In this document: in pieces, positions 48,800 to 63,700 of the stretch
Layout of the letters: each line of letters opens with the position of its first letter
Position numbering within the stretch: the first letter of the stretch is position 1
Assembly (NCBI GenBank): GCA_964016885.1
Contig: OZ024742.1
Location: 74,524,001 to 74,588,000, forward strand
DNA from: Eledone cirrhosa
Taxonomy: Eukaryota
Length of the DNA stretch: 64,000 nt
Reading direction: 5' to 3'
Program-made: the position numbers and the translations under genes
The notes under the pieces: model-generated
Databases searched by the model: none
Seen by the model: only the letters and a program-made list of their open reading frames with translations
What the model was told of the DNA's origin: nothing

Positions 48800-49200
48800 T
48801 ATAGAATTCCAGTTATAATAAGCTCCTGATTATTACTGGCGACATCGGAGGACTATAACAGAAATCTTGCAGCAGCGTCACTGCGTCTCATTACATGTCT
48901 AGCAAGAGCTAGACAATGCTTTCTTATGACGGTCGAAATCTTCGGAAGGCGACCATATATAATCTTGTTAGTTGTGTGCAGTACGCAAGAGACGGGTATA
49001 GTTACCACCCAACTTCCTTGTCAGTGCAGATATCAGTGTCCATGACTTTGAGCCATAAAAAGGATTGATTCTACAGTGGCTTTGAATATCTTGATTTTGG
49101 TGGAGCGATTGATTGGTGCAGTCCAAAGAGTAGATAGCAACCTAACAGAGTGGATAGTAGCCCAAGCTTGACCGGTATACACAAGATTTCATTTTTCCAG
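48800..49200 (-). pseudogene. Degraded RTE-like LINE C-terminal fragment
   Basis: TKIKIFKATVESIL/YGSKSWTL...YTRLLR...YGRLPKISTVIR..LALARHV across frameshifts. Confidence 0.7.
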
Positions 49201-49495
49201 TCTTCTTCTCAACAAGGAAGATGAAAAAACATATCTCAACACTTAATTTTAAATCTTTAATTTTTGATTTTTAATTCTCATTAATTCTTTTTAATTGTAA
49301 TACTCAACATTTGATAAGATGGATTTTACTAATACATCGAAACCGGTAATACTTTATATACTTTATATACATTATAAAACTCTTTTTTTAAAAGGATTGT
49401 CCCTCTAATTTTTTCAATAAGTCACTTTAACGAATCAAAGAAAGGAAAAAAAAAGAAAAACAGATCCATAAATATATTTTCCGTTATTTCCAATT

Positions 49496-49596
<101 letters not shown>

Positions 49597-49597
49597 A

Positions 49598-49642
<45 letters not shown>

Positions 49643-49643
49643 T

Positions 49644-50195
49644 ACTAGCATTAAAGCCCGGCGTTGCTCGGGGTCAGTAAGTTACCAAAGTTAGGTTGCA
49701 CCACACATTTTATGGCAGCGCTTTTTTGTCTGCCAGGCACTGGGTAAATGAATTGCAGACCTGGACTGCCGAAGCAGGAGCTGCGCCAGCAGTGACAATT
49801 GTAGTTTCGCCTATGGATATTATCTCTGTGCAAAGAAGTGTTGAAATTTATTGTTTCACAGTACTTGCGCAACACGCGCGTAGACGATACCAGCCGAACA
49901 ACAGAGCTGCGATGGAGTTGTTCTGCATGGTTGTCTAATGTGTGTTTTCTAAATTTAAGACAGTAGGGAGGGGTATGATATGGAGGAGAGTTAACTGCTG
50001 TTTCTAGCAGGTTTAGTGACCTCATAGAGGATATTATTGTGTATAGTAAATAAACTTATACTTCTTTCTTCCACGTTCGTTGAGAGATGTTTTAAAAAAG
50101 ATTTATCGCTATTTTTGTTGTTGAATAAATTTATCTGTTGCTTTTGAATAATTTGAAGTAAATAAATGTTTGACCGTTCCACATTCAAAAACAAA

Positions 50196-50248
<53 letters not shown>

Positions 50249-50257
50249 TCTCTCTCT

Positions 50258-50321
<64 letters not shown>

Positions 50322-50600
50322 TTCTTTCTTTGGCGTTCCTAAAGGAAGTTTGTAAGTTTAAGCGTGTATAAGAGAAAGTTGCAGCATATATGTAGTTTTA
50401 TCGAATTTGAAGGGGAGTAGAGAGAGGTATCAGATTGTATTAGAGGGGTAAAGCGTAATGTATTTAGTTTTATCGATTATTTCCGTAATTGTGGGTGAGT
50501 TTGAAATAAATAAATAGTTGTTGACCTAAGTTAGACCATTTACAACATTCTTACACACACACACACACAATAACAACAATCTGCCTTTTATAGATAATGA
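49644..50600 (+). mobile_element. Helentron/DINE-like non-autonomous element
   Basis: Starts actag...cccggcgttgctcggg (terminal hairpin). Ends with a CA microsatellite then ctgccttttatagataatgat, the architecture of DINE-1/Lep1-like elements. Confidence 0.45.
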
Positions 50601-50828
50601 TATCAGTGGTGAAGGGTAACCTGGAAAGCAGGGCATGCAGTCCAATCGCCTTGGCAGAAAGTGGAGCTGTGCAGCCCCCCCCCCAATTCCCTCTAAATGA
50701 CCCTCCCGATCAAAGCCGCATGTAGTGTTATCTAGTGTGTGTGTGTGTTGCTTCAACCGACGCAATTGTTCAACTCAAGATTCTATAACGCATGCACTGC
50801 ATGTGTTGCATGCACGCACCCTTCGCCC

Positions 50829-50897
<69 letters not shown>

Positions 50898-51199
50898 AGT
50901 AAATGACCGATAAATTCTTTTTTCAAAAGCCGGTACAGTAGAAATACAGTAGAAAATACGAGGGGCAATGATGGTGAATGAAACAAAACAAAATAAAGTA
51001 ATGTTTTACCAAGTGTATTATCGTTTTATATTTCAGGGCTAATGCCCTCTTTTCAGATGTGGGACTGAAACAGTCTTAGATGAAACAAACGAAGGATTTG
51101 ACTTTTTTTCTATGTATGTATGTATGTATGTATGTATGTATGTATGTATGTATGTATGTATGTATGTATGTATGTATGTATGTATGCATGTATGTATGT

Positions 51200-51663
51200 A
51201 ATCTCTTTCTCTTAATTTCGAGTATATTTTTTTGACCAGCCAGCTTCCTGGTGGCAAGGTTGTAAAAGAAAAGAAATTGTCATCCCTTGAATCGCAAGAA
51301 TATTTTGCAAATTTTGAAGGTGCCAGCTATCGCAGCCATTTGTAGACTATGAATTAGGGAGCTGCGCTCTTTGTCCGCAAATCCAAGTTCAGTCATACTT
51401 TGGTCCAAGTGGGTTGGTATATAAACCGTAGCTCCAATAATGATGGGTATGAAGCTAAAGGTGTATCTTGTATACTGGATTTGTAAACTCCTCATCAATG
51501 GTCCGTAGATGTCCTCCTTCTCCTGTAATTTTCTGACAACGTTTACAACAAGTGGGCAGCTGATCTCCACAACAGAACACGTTTTCAATGTGTGGTCCCA
51601 AACAACAATATCAGGCCGGTTGTGCTTTAATTTGGTGGCAGTTTTTATTTTCAGGTTCGACCA
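51200..51663 (-). mobile_element. 3' fragment of a second (CATA)n-flanked RLE retrotransposon subfamily
   Basis: HNRPDIVVWD...VVEISCP...EKEDIY...PIIIGA. (TATG)n on both sides. Confidence 0.8.
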
Positions 51664-51728
51664 GTATGTATGTATGTATGTATGTATGTATGTATGTATG
51701 TATGTATGTATGTATGTATGTATGTATG

Positions 51729-52030
51729 TTCTTCTGGTTTTATAATTTCACAAATTTTTACCAATAGAGAGAGAGAGACGGTTTCTAACATAGACACAGG
51801 ACTCTCTCATTGGAATTTACACATCAACTAGGTAGATATATATGCATGTGTAGATATGTATGCATGTGTGTGCAGGTATGGATGTTATTGTATATGTGGA
51901 TGTGGATGTTTTGAGTTATATCTCTGCATATGTATATGCTTTGTATCTGTACATATGTACATGTAGTTATTAGATGCAGAATTTTAAAAATGTTTTACAT
52001 ATTTTTCCTGTTTCATTAATGGATTGTACT
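51729..52030 (-). mobile_element. 3' UTR fragment of the 44618-46673 family
   Basis: Reverse complement of 46372-46673, with tatg repeats on both sides. Confidence 0.8.
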
Positions 52031-52063
52031 ATGTATGTGTGTGTGTGTGTGTGTATGTGTGTG

Positions 52064-52134
<71 letters not shown>

Positions 52135-53844
52135 CGTGTGTGTGTGTAAGTCAATTGTATTGATAAACATATTTTTATTTATATATTTCTGAGGACCAAG
52201 AATCTGGAGTTTTTTCAAATGTCAAGCTAACGAAAGGCTCAACAAAATATATTAATCGGAGCCGAATTTAATCACTTTTCATATTCCATCCAATTAATTT
52301 TATTTCAAATAAGTTTACCTATTCGTGAGAATAATTTCTGCAGTTAGAAATAAATTCCACTTTTCTCTCTTTCTGTCTCTCTTTCTCCACCCCACCCCGT
52401 CTTTTTCTATCCCATTTTTTTTTCAATCTTCTAAGAAAGGTGATAAATCCTCCATTGGTAAGGGATCGTTCATACTCTCACCTCAAAAATAGACACAAAA
52501 CATAGAAACATGATGACCCCCCCTCCCTCCCCGCTGCCCATAACTGGATCTTCTCAAAAGCTATCAAACAAAATTCAGAAGCACAACGAATTACTCAACA
52601 CCTTCCCCCTGTCCTATCTCATCTCCACCTCCTCTACCTTCTCCTAACTATCCAGTAATTATTCCTCCACCCTCCCCTTTCTCTTTAGCTTCTCACCCCA
52701 CTTCCTATGCCTCCCTATCCACTGCACCTCCTTTATTTTCTCTACACTACAGTCGAATTACTCCTCTTTTCTCATTTCCCCATTTCTTCTACCACTTCTT
52801 TTATATCCCCTTTCAACTTTACCCTTTCTTTCCTTACTCTTCTCTATCTGCTCCCCATTATCGTCAAATTCCTCCTCTCCCTCTGCCCCTCCCCCTCCTC
52901 TGTCTTGTGTCTTCATCCTCTTTACCACTGTTATCCTCATCCTGTACCGCCAACGTCCCACTTCACCCCCCTCTTATTATCCCCCCCCCATTCACGTAGC
53001 CCACCCCACTCCCACTTTATCATCATCCCTCCCCTATGTTTCTCGTCCCAGTAAATAATACCTTTAACGCATCAACTTTTTCAGACGTAAAAACAACGTC
53101 TTTTGTAATATTGTATTTCCATAGTTGAAACTAGGTAGGTGTATATGTGTAGGAACAGTTTATTCCTTACCTTCCTACAAAACAAGTCTACCGCAACAAT
53201 CAACATCCACAGGCTATGGAAGTATCTAATCGAAAATAAAAGTTAATAGCTTTAATCACAATTCTTCTCTTTGTGAGGCGAAGCTAGTTTTTAACTGCAT
53301 AACTGAGCAATATGGTGTGTCTCAAGGGAAGATTGTAAGACATTGATTAAGCACAGACTCCAAGATTCGCCTGTAAGAAGCCCCTATGATTTGGTCAATG
53401 GAACTTATAAATCATATTAATTTCAGGCTGCTGTATTTTAAGCTAGTTGTTGTTTCATAAATAAAAACAGCAAGACGAATTGACGTTTGTAGCTGTTAAT
53501 CTTGAATATTTTCTCTATTTTGAATGGAAATTCTGAATCATAAGATTTATTAGTTATTTAATATTGTAATAATAAGCCGACAAAATGGCTGCTACACTAT
53601 GTTTTTTAAAATTATTTTTTCAGTGGTATATCTTTTTCTTTTTATTATTGATGGCTTTGAGAAAAAAGATAAACATAATATATAAACAATAAATATGTGC
53701 TAAAGAATATATTTCGTGTAATTTAAGATTTGGTTGTAACTGTTTTGTTTTCTTAGCACTATTGCATATTATGCCATTAAAAATTAAAGTGGTTGGTTCC
53801 GTCTCAATAATAAATAGTTATCCAGTTTTCTAGAGGATATTATA

Positions 53845-54020
53845 GTATCGGTAGAGGGTCGGACGCCATGCTTTGACGCATGGAGTTACGGCCCTTGCCA
53901 TTCTGAGTTCAAATCCCGCCGAGGTTAACTTTGCCTTTCATCCTTATGGGGTCGATAAAATAAAGTACCAGTAATGTACTGGGTAATTGCTGGCCTTGTG
54001 CCAAAAGTAGAAACAATTAT
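53845..54020 (+). mobile_element. Meta-domain tRNA-SINE
   Basis: B-box gagttcaaatcc and gaggttaactttgcctttcatcct...ggtcgataaaataaagtacc. Confidence 0.78.
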
Positions 54021-54386
54021 ATATATATATATATATGCAGAAGTTATATTAATTGTATATATATATATGTTTTGCAAGGTTTTTGATATGAAATCGTGTG
54101 TCGAAATATAAAAATGGCGTAGACACAACAATACATACAATACAGCAGGGGAAACATAATAGTACCACTGATGATGTTGCAGATGTGCAACAAAAGAACT
54201 TTATTAGACTATATATATGTATTTATATCTGTACTTTTGACCGTTGGTCAATCAATGATAAACATTGATGGCCAAATGAATTAACTATTGAGATATAAAA
54301 GATACAGAAACGAAAACCAACCAAACAGTGAGTGTGCTGTGTTATTATTTCTGGAAATATTATTACAACAATATTTCCTCCCAAAG

Positions 54387-54418
<32 letters not shown>

Positions 54419-54453
54419 GAGGGGGGGGGGTGTATGTACATATATATATATAT

Positions 54454-55090
54454 AAATGTAATCTGAGTTTTTCGAATATAAATAATAACATTCAATTCGT
54501 TTGCAATTATGCAAACAAGCCTCAATTTTATAGCCATGTCAGTAGAATGAACACTTCATTCTTGCTCTTGTGTTGGCATGTGAACAGAACTACAGACACT
54601 ATGTTTCTGGGTATCACCCTTCATCAGTACAGCTCACTGTTCACCTGCCAAACTGTCAGAGCTAGTGAAAATATATGCTATTTTCAAAAATACACAGTGA
54701 CTGATCGGCCTGATTTGCATATTAGCAGACTGGCTGATCAGTCACATCTGCATATTAGCAGATCCACTGATCAGCCAAATTTGCATATCAGCAGACTGGC
54801 CAGTCAGTTTCCTGTATACGAGCGATAAATGGCCGGCTTTGCCAAATTCAAATAAAAAAGAAAATTTCGCTCTACATGGCTGAATACAATAAATGTAATC
54901 TGAGTTTTTCGAATTTTAATAATAACATTCGATTCGTTTGCAATTATGCAAACAACCCTCAATTGTATAGCCATGTCAGTAGAATGAACACTTCATTCTT
55001 GTTCTTGTGTTGGCATGCGAACGAATCGACCGTTATTATTAATATTCGAAAAACTCAGATTACATTTACTGTATTCAGCCATGTAGAGCT
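54454..55090 (-). mobile_element. Hammerhead-bearing element: 437-bp monomer, partial second unit and inverted end
   Basis: 54454-54585 repeats at 54891-55022. 55032-55088 is inverted relative to 54871-54927. Hammerhead at 54590-54632 on -. Confidence 0.75.
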
Positions 55091-55092
55091 TC

Positions 55093-55140
<48 letters not shown>

Positions 55141-55147
<7 letters not shown>

Positions 55148-56362
55148 TAGAATATTCGAAAATATTCTGTATGTTTATAATAAACATTTTGAAGACCTAA
55201 TCGCTATAGAATAGAATACGTCACGTATTACAATTAGATTCTCGATAAAAGCAAGGGAAGTAATCTACGCGTTTCATTCTTGTTAGAAATCATCAGGACT
55301 ACATATCCAGTGCTTTTATCGAGAATGACACAGCTAGAGACTTATAGAATACTTAGCTGTGTACAGGAACTGGTTTGAAAGAGCGGTTGCCGGTCCGGCA
55401 GAAATTAGAAATTGGAATAAATGCTCTGAAATAGCGATATATATGTGAATATAGACATAGAATATTCGAAAATATTCATGTATGTTTATAATAAACATTT
55501 TGAAGACCTAATCGCTATAGAATAGAATACGTCACGTATTACAATTAGATTCTCGATAAAAGCAAGAATGAAACGCGTAGATTACTTCCCTTGCTTTTAT
55601 CGAGAATCTAATTGTAATACGTGACGTATTCTATTCTATAGCGATTAGGTCTTCAAAATGTTTATTATAAACATACAGAATATTTTCGAATATTCTATGT
55701 CTATATTCACATATATATCGCTATTTCAGAGCATTTATTCCAATTTCTAATTTCTGCCGGACCGGCAACCGCTCTTTCAAACCAGTTCCTGTACACAGCT
55801 AAGTATTCTATAAGTCTCTAGCTGTGTCATTCTCGATAAAAGCACTGGATATGTAGTCCTGATGATTTCTAACAAGAATGAAACGCGTAGATTACTTCCC
55901 TTGCTTTTATCGAGAATCTAATTGTAATACGTGACGTATTCTATTCTATAGCGATTAGGTCTTCAAAATGTTTATTATAAACATACAGAATATTTTCGAA
56001 TATTCTATGTCTATATTCACATATATATCGCTATTTCAGAGCATTTATTCCAATTTCTAATTTCTGCCGGACCGGCAACCGCTCTTTCAAACCAGTTCCT
56101 GTACACAGCTAAGTATTCTATAAGTCTCTAGCTGTGTCATTCTCGATAAAAGCACTGGATATGTAGTCCTGATGATTTCTAACAAGAATGAAACGCGTAG
56201 ATTACTTCCCTTGCTTTTATCGAGAATCTAATTGTAATACGTGACGTATTCTATTCTATAGCGATTAGGTCTTCAAAATGTTTATTATAAACATACAGAA
56301 TATTTTCGAATATTCTATGTCTATATTCACATATATATCGCTATTTCAGAGCATTTATTCCA
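55141..56362. mobile_element. Retrozyme-like tandem array of a 310-bp hammerhead-containing unit (about 1.4 units on -, about 2.6 units on +)
   Basis: 310-bp period (55141/55451; 55851/56161), near-identical units, inversion near 55565, (TA)n flanks. Confidence 0.85.
55853..55895 (+). ncRNA. Minimal type I hammerhead (other copies at 56163-56205 on + and 55260-55302 on -)
   Basis: gtagtc-CTGATGA-tttct-aaca-agaat-GAAA-cgcg-TA-gattac. Confidence 0.82.
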
Positions 56363-56383
56363 ATATATATATATATATATACA

Positions 56384-56439
<56 letters not shown>

Positions 56440-56920
56440 CATATATATATATATATTACTCACACCTACAAATCACATTACTTTTTATTAATGGCGTATA
56501 TACCATTACTTCATAGGTTTTGTGAATATTTTTTGCTATTTGAAATGGACACATTTGGTTCCACAAAAAAAACCAGAATAAAACAAAAAACAAAAATGAA
56601 ATAGCAAATGGATTTAAAAGAATGACAGCTTAACCAAGATCATTTGTTATTAAACACGTTGTTAATTGCTGCTTAGATGATCGAGTAAACCTATGATGGA
56701 AGGCATTTCGGCCCTAACACTCCATTTATTAGCGGTCTATCTAGAACTATATTATGCAATGTGACATTTCCTTATTTGAGATTTGGGTGCTATTTCCTGT
56801 AGGTAATAGGGGCTCCATCATTGACTCAAGGTTGATTTTTGTAAACATATAGTATGACTATACACACATATATATACACATACGCATACAACACGCACAA
56901 ACACACATACATACACAAAC

Positions 56921-56985
<65 letters not shown>

Positions 56986-57189
56986 ACACATACACACACA
57001 CACACATATATTTGCATATGTACTTTCAATGGTTTTCCATTCGAGTTGTTAAGTAAAAATGTTTCTTTCTAAAATATACTTTGAGTAAAACCCCGGGATA
57101 AATCATTCATATAATTTTGAAAGCACAGGTTGGAATGGTTTAGAATGAAAATTATATCATACAGGTATATTAGTTGTAATTGTAATTAT

Positions 57190-58740
57190 GCCAGCGTTTA
57201 CCTAAGTTGGCTCGAGCCAGATGCAACAAGTAGATCCACAGCATATCGATCACACGCCGATCACGCTCGAATGTAGAACGTCAAGCAGTCACAATTCCAA
57301 TGGCGCACATCATATATGAGAGCCAGATACCAATTGAAGATCTGATTTAATAGTTTTTGTCTATGTTTTCAGCTGTCTATCCTACCATTAACGCCATCCC
57401 GAGATGTTTTTAACGCGGCAGCGTCGCGGATGAGTTCACCTCGTGAACGACGGAACACATGACCAGACTAAACAGGGGCACCTTTAGAGCAGGGGGTTAT
57501 TAAGGGACTCAATATGGCAACAACGACTAACTTTTGTTTGACAAAAAATCCAAATCACGAATACAGAGGTTTCGAAGAAGGCAAAGGCGGAACACTAAAA
57601 TCTTGGACAAGGTCCGCCGTTTTCATTAGTAACATATCACAGCCACAAAGTTCGATGGTGTGAACGATCGCTCGGTAGATTCGAATTTTTGTGACTAGAT
57701 GAATCTCCATCTTAAACCCAAACCGGATTCGAAGACGACAGGATGCAGTATGTGCCCAGCACTTTGTGATGCGATGGAATATTGTTTGTGTTACGTTCTC
57801 AATATCATCCATTAACAGTTCCACAGGGAGTCTATCTGACTCAGGCGCTTTACCAGTGTTAATCTAGTTGATAGCCAGTTTTACTTCATCATAAGCCGGC
57901 AAACGATCCATTCTGGAATCCACAGTACATTGAGGAATGTTATCTATCACATCATGATCAACTAACGATGGATTATCAAATAAATCAGTGAAGTGCTATT
58001 GCTAGCGTTTCAGGATTTCCTCCGGTTCCGCAATGAAAGCAGTGTTGCCTTTGGACCTCATAGGAACAATAGACGAAGTTGTTGAGTCATTCGCGCAAAA
58101 GATCACAGAACAATTTTGAATCCTTTGCGTTATAAGCGCTTTGAATGTCTGAAGAGATCCTTAAACGTCAATCATTTTAAAGCCTTCTCAGTTCAGGCTG
58201 TAAGGTAGTTTTACATTTTCAATAATAGGTTGGTTTGCCGGGCACTCTCCCAGAACCTTTTCTTGAAGAGCATGCTTTCTTTTCAGTAGCTGACTGATAG
58301 CTTGATCATTACCATTAAAGAAGACATTATGTTTTTTTTTTTCACTCTGAATCCAAGATCTTCTGTTCCTGCTGCGTACACGTGATCCCCAAAGGTTTCC
58401 CACATTCCATAGAAATCAAGACTATCAATTCTTTTATTTAAAGCTTCCCATACATCTGCCTCTTTTAGCTTTCAAAATCAATACGCTTCAGTGTTTTGAT
58501 CCCACACATACGAGTCTTTTTTCGAACATATAACTTAAACTTGCCTGTACCATCTTATGGTCTGCATTCTGCATTATGCATGGCGCGCAAATTACAAACA
58601 TCACTCAAGTCGCATCAAGTCGCATCGGTTTAATATGAAATCAATCATGTAGACATTTTTTGATCTTCGGAGAACCAAATGAGGTTTATTTTTCAACATA
58701 CTTCCCGGAAAGAAACAATGCAGTTATTAATAAGAATAAT
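57190..58740 (-). pseudogene. Old, heavily degraded RTE-like LINE
   Basis: AIN*INTGKAPESDRLPVEL and TKIRIYRAIV...L.GC remnants. Confidence 0.65.
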
Positions 58741-59112
58741 TAAAATTAATGCATGTAATATTTAACAGCTCTAGCATCACTCCTTCATAATCAGCCTATG
58801 AACTTTTTAAAGCTTTTAATCATCATTTTGAGGAACAGACAAATAGGTAGATAGACAATTACAGAGGCAGATAAATACACAAACTGATAAATATACACGC
58901 AGATAAATAGACAAATAGACAGGCATACACATATATGGTAAAAAATCAAACAGACAGAATAATAGAGAGGCATGCAGACAGATAGACAGATAGACATATT
59001 AGCTGACAGATACGTTAGTCTATTGAGAGGCGGACAAACAGGAAGAGAGAAGCATCGACAGTCAGAAAAACAAGCATACAATACACAAATAAGATATACA
59101 AACCGACAAACC

Positions 59113-60548
59113 TATAGACATATAGACAGACATACAGACATATAGACATGTAGACATATAGACATATAGACATATAGACAGACATATAGACATATAGACA
59201 GACATATAGACATATAGACATATAGACATATAGACATATAGACAGACATACAGACATATAGACATATAGACATATAGACATATAGACATACAGACAGACA
59301 TACAGACATATAGACATATAGACAGACATACAGACATACAGACATACAGACATATAGACAGACATATAGACAGACATACAGACATACAGACATATAGACA
59401 GACATATAGACAGACATACAGACATACAGACATATAGACATATAGACAGACATATAGACATATAGACAGACATATAGACATATAAACAGACATATAGACA
59501 GACATATAGACAGACATATAGACATATAGACAGACATATAGACATACAGACATATAGACAGACATATAGACATATAGACAGACATATAGACATATAGACA
59601 GACATATAGACATATAGACATATAGACATATAGACAGACATATAGACATATAGACAGACATATAGACATATAGACAGACATATAGACATATAGACATATA
59701 GACATATAGACATATAGACAGACATATAGACAGACATATAGACATACAGACAGACATACAGACATATAGACAGACATACAGACATATAGACAGACATATA
59801 GACATATAGACAGACATACAGACATATAGACATATAGACATACAGACATATAGACATATAGACACACATATAGACATATAGACATATAGACAGACATACA
59901 GACATATAGACAGACATATAGACATATAGACAGACATATAGACATATAGACAGACATACAGACATATAGACATACAGACAGACATATAGACATATAGACA
60001 TATAGACATATAGACAGCTAGAGAGACATATAGACAGACAGGTAGATATACAGACACATAGACAGACAGGTAGATATATACATATATATATAGAGACAGG
60101 TAGATATATAGACAGACAGGTAGATATATAGACATATAGACATATAGACAGACAGGTAGATATATAGACATATAGACAGACAGGTAGATATATATATATA
60201 TAGACAGACAGGTAGATATATATACATATAGACAGACAGGTAGATATATAGACATATAGACAGACATATAGACAGACATATAGACAGACATATAGACATA
60301 CAGACAGACAGACATATAGACATACAGACAGACAGACATACAGACAGACATACAGACAGACATACAGACATATAGACAGACATATAGACATATAGACAGA
60401 CATATAGACATATAGACAGACATAAAGACATATAGACATATAGACATATAGACAGACATATAGACATATAGACAGACATATAGACATATAGACATATAGA
60501 CATATAAACAGACATATAGACAGACATATAGACATACAGACAGACAAA
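59113..60548. repeat. Compound GACA/GACATATA/GACATACA satellite
   Basis: Direct inspection. Source of the spurious 477-510 aa ORFs. Confidence 0.93.
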
Positions 60549-60770
60549 TTTCTGTTTATTTGCCACTAGGGCACAAAAGAAAGGGACATGTACATGGGTG
60601 GGGGGAGTTTACATAAAAATCGAGTAAGAAAAATATAACAAACAAAATAATAACAAGAAGGTCCTCAATAGGGAGGGATCGTTTTGGGGTCACACACACC
60701 CCCGAAAAAAAGTGTGCGACCCTTCTCCACGGGAGCACAAAGAGAGAGTGCTCCCTTCTTTCTGTTCCAC

Positions 60771-63700
60771 CTACAGGCTGAGGTAGAGAGAAGGCCCATT
60801 CACACGGGCCATTCTCGCAACTTTCACCCACCTTTCATAAAACTGGCTGGAGTGGAGCACCTCTCTCTCCATCCTGATCCTTCTTCCGAAATGGTATCGG
60901 AAGAAAAGGACCAGTTGTTGGCCGGAGAGAATGGTGTCCGACCTCAGCCCTTTCAGACGCGTCCACCATATAGCCTCTTTTACCATGGCTATTACACAGA
61001 GGAAGACCGCCTCTCCTTCATTTTTGAAGGGGGGAGGCGGCTTGATCGTTACAATGGACTCGGTGGTCAACCTAATTGGTCCCACCCGTGACAGCAGTTG
61101 TTCAACATAGCCCCACAGATCGGCAACGCCCGGGCAGTGCACCAATGCGTGCGCGACGGTTTCCTCGTCGCGCACGCATCTGGGACAGATCTTTTTCGAG
61201 GGGTCCCTACCCGGGCGCCCGTGTCTGTAGAGCTTATCCCGAACGGGCAGAGCCCCTCGGTAGCACTGCCAGGCCAAGGACTTCTGGAAGTTGTCCATAG
61301 GTCCCGGGCCGAAAGTCCTACCGAATAGACTGGCCAGTTCGTCCTCCTCCATGCCTAGGGCTTCTCCGAGGGCGTCGTCGCACCCGCTAACCACCAGCCC
61401 TCTATAGAATGACGAGGTGGAGTCTCCGTCGATAGCCGGGTCCGCCTGCCAGAGAGCCGTGAGCGCCTGGGCACACTCGGTGTGCCAGTCGCCCAGTTTT
61501 CTCGGTCTTTGCTTCACCCAGGACTGCAGCTCGGTGAGCGAGACGAGCCTCGGGAAGGCTCGCCTCACAAACGGGGCCCACACCGGTTGACCGGTGAGGA
61601 ATACGTGGAGGTGCCTTAGCCTCAATGCGTGTTTACGCATTTTTAGCCACGGCATCCCCAGCCCTCCTTTCAAAGGGTGTTGACAGCAGATGGATCTCCT
61701 CACTAGAGGAGACCTCTTCTTCCAAAGGAAATAAAAGAGGGCGCGCTCCATTTTGACGAGGATCTCACCCGGGCAAGGCACGACAGTCAAGCGGTAATAG
61801 ATGACGGACGCTATGTAAGCGTTCGCCACCTCCGCCCGACCTTTTAGGGATAGTTTGCACTCGGCCCACTTCTGGGTCAGTGCAAACACCCTATTCGTCA
61901 CCTCACCCCAGTTTTTCTCCACCTGGAGGTCCGGTCCGAACCAGACCCCAAGCAACTTCACCGGGCCCTCCGTCCACCGTCCGACGATACCGTCGCACGA
62001 CATCGCTTTGCCCCTCCACTCGCCGAGTTGCAAAGCGACTGACTTGTCCCGGTTCAGCTTAGCCCCTGTCAACCTTTCGTACTCCTCTAGTAAGGTGCCG
62101 ATTGCCTCGATTTCCGAGGCGGTCGACACCATTACTGTTACGTCATCGGCGTAGGCCGACACCGCTTTGCGCAATCCCGGTTCCAAAGGGATGCCCTGCA
62201 ACAACTCCAACTTCCGCAGTAATGGCTCGAGAGTCAATACATACAGAAGGGAGGAGAGAGGGCACCCCTGTCGGATGGAGCGGGTGATTTCGAACGGCTC
62301 CGAAAGGTAGCCGTTCACCTTGATTCTAGAGCAGATGCGGCTGCTGTGCATGGCAGTGATCCAGCCCCTGAAAACGGGTCCGAACCCAGCCGCCGCTAGC
62401 ACCGCATCCAGGTAACCATGGTCCACCCTATCGAACGCTTTAGACTGATCTAAATTTATCAGGGCTCCACCAAAGCCGGGTTCGTTCCCAACCCTCTCTA
62501 TGATGTATCGCATGAGGTGGAGGTTGTCGTGGATGGACCTGGACGGGATAGCGCATGTCTGCGCATCTCCCACCAGGCCCCCCACGACAAGCGCCAACCT
62601 CTTCGCTAACACCTTCGCCAAAATCTTTAACTCTGCATTTAGCAGAGTTATGGGCCTAAAATTACTAATGTCATCCCCCTTGTTCTCGTCCTTCCTCACT
62701 AGCGAGACTACGCCCTTGGTCACAGAACAGGGAATTCTCCCGTTCTGTTGCCAGTTGCAGTAGACCGCCTCGAGGAGATCGGGGAACAAGTCCGGCATAT
62801 TAATATATAGTTCGTAGGGCAGACCATCGAGTCCTGGAGATTTGCGTTTGCCGCATAGGCTCAGCACGTCCCCTATTTCAGCAGCTGAGATCGGCCCGTC
62901 GCAGGACCTCGCCTCCCCGTCCGAAAGACGCGGCAGGCCGTCGAGGTATGGACCGAAATCCACATCTCCAACCGGCTCCCCGCCCCTCCCGAACAATTGG
63001 GCAAAGTGCCTTTGAAAGGCCTCGCACATTTGCTTAGGTTCAAGGATCAGCCGTCCATCCTGGTCTCGCAAAGACCGGATAGTGGATTTAATCCCACTTT
63101 TCGCTTCTGTCACGCGGGCCCAGCTAACAGCTTTGGTCCCCTCGTTTCCCAGAGCACGTATTTTGCTTCGGACAACGCAGCCTTCGTGTTTCGCGTCGAA
63201 GAACTGGTTCAAGACCGTTCTCGACGCTTGCACTCTGGCCACGTTGCCGCTTCTCATTGCCTCTTCAACATTAACTACCAACTCCCTTTCCTTCCTATTT
63301 CTATCTGAGGCTAACTCCTTACTAACTCCTATTGAAACTACTCTAATCTCTCTTTTTAGAGAGCCCCACCACCTGTTGTTGACGATGGCGCCCGTCAACT
63401 GCTCCTTAACTAAGGTTCTAATCCGGTCCCTGTAAGCTCTACTTGCCGGTAAGGACAAGTTGAGCTTCCAGTAACCGGGCCCCTGCCTATGCGTTCTATC
63501 AAGGTGGACTACGCAGGTCACTAACTTGTGGTCTGAATAGCCCACCATGAGCATTTCTGGACAACTTAAAAAGTCCCTATCCTTAATTCTAACTAAGAAC
63601 CTATCTAGGTACGATCTAGATTGACCACTGTTATTTGACCAGGTCCAGGTTGGTACAGTCGGAAAATCTAGTCGGTATCTATCGGCCAGGTCGAATCGGC

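Noticed and set aside
59015-60566. 477-510 aa repetitive ORFs
   Set aside because: They are stop-free translations of the GACA/GACATATA satellite.
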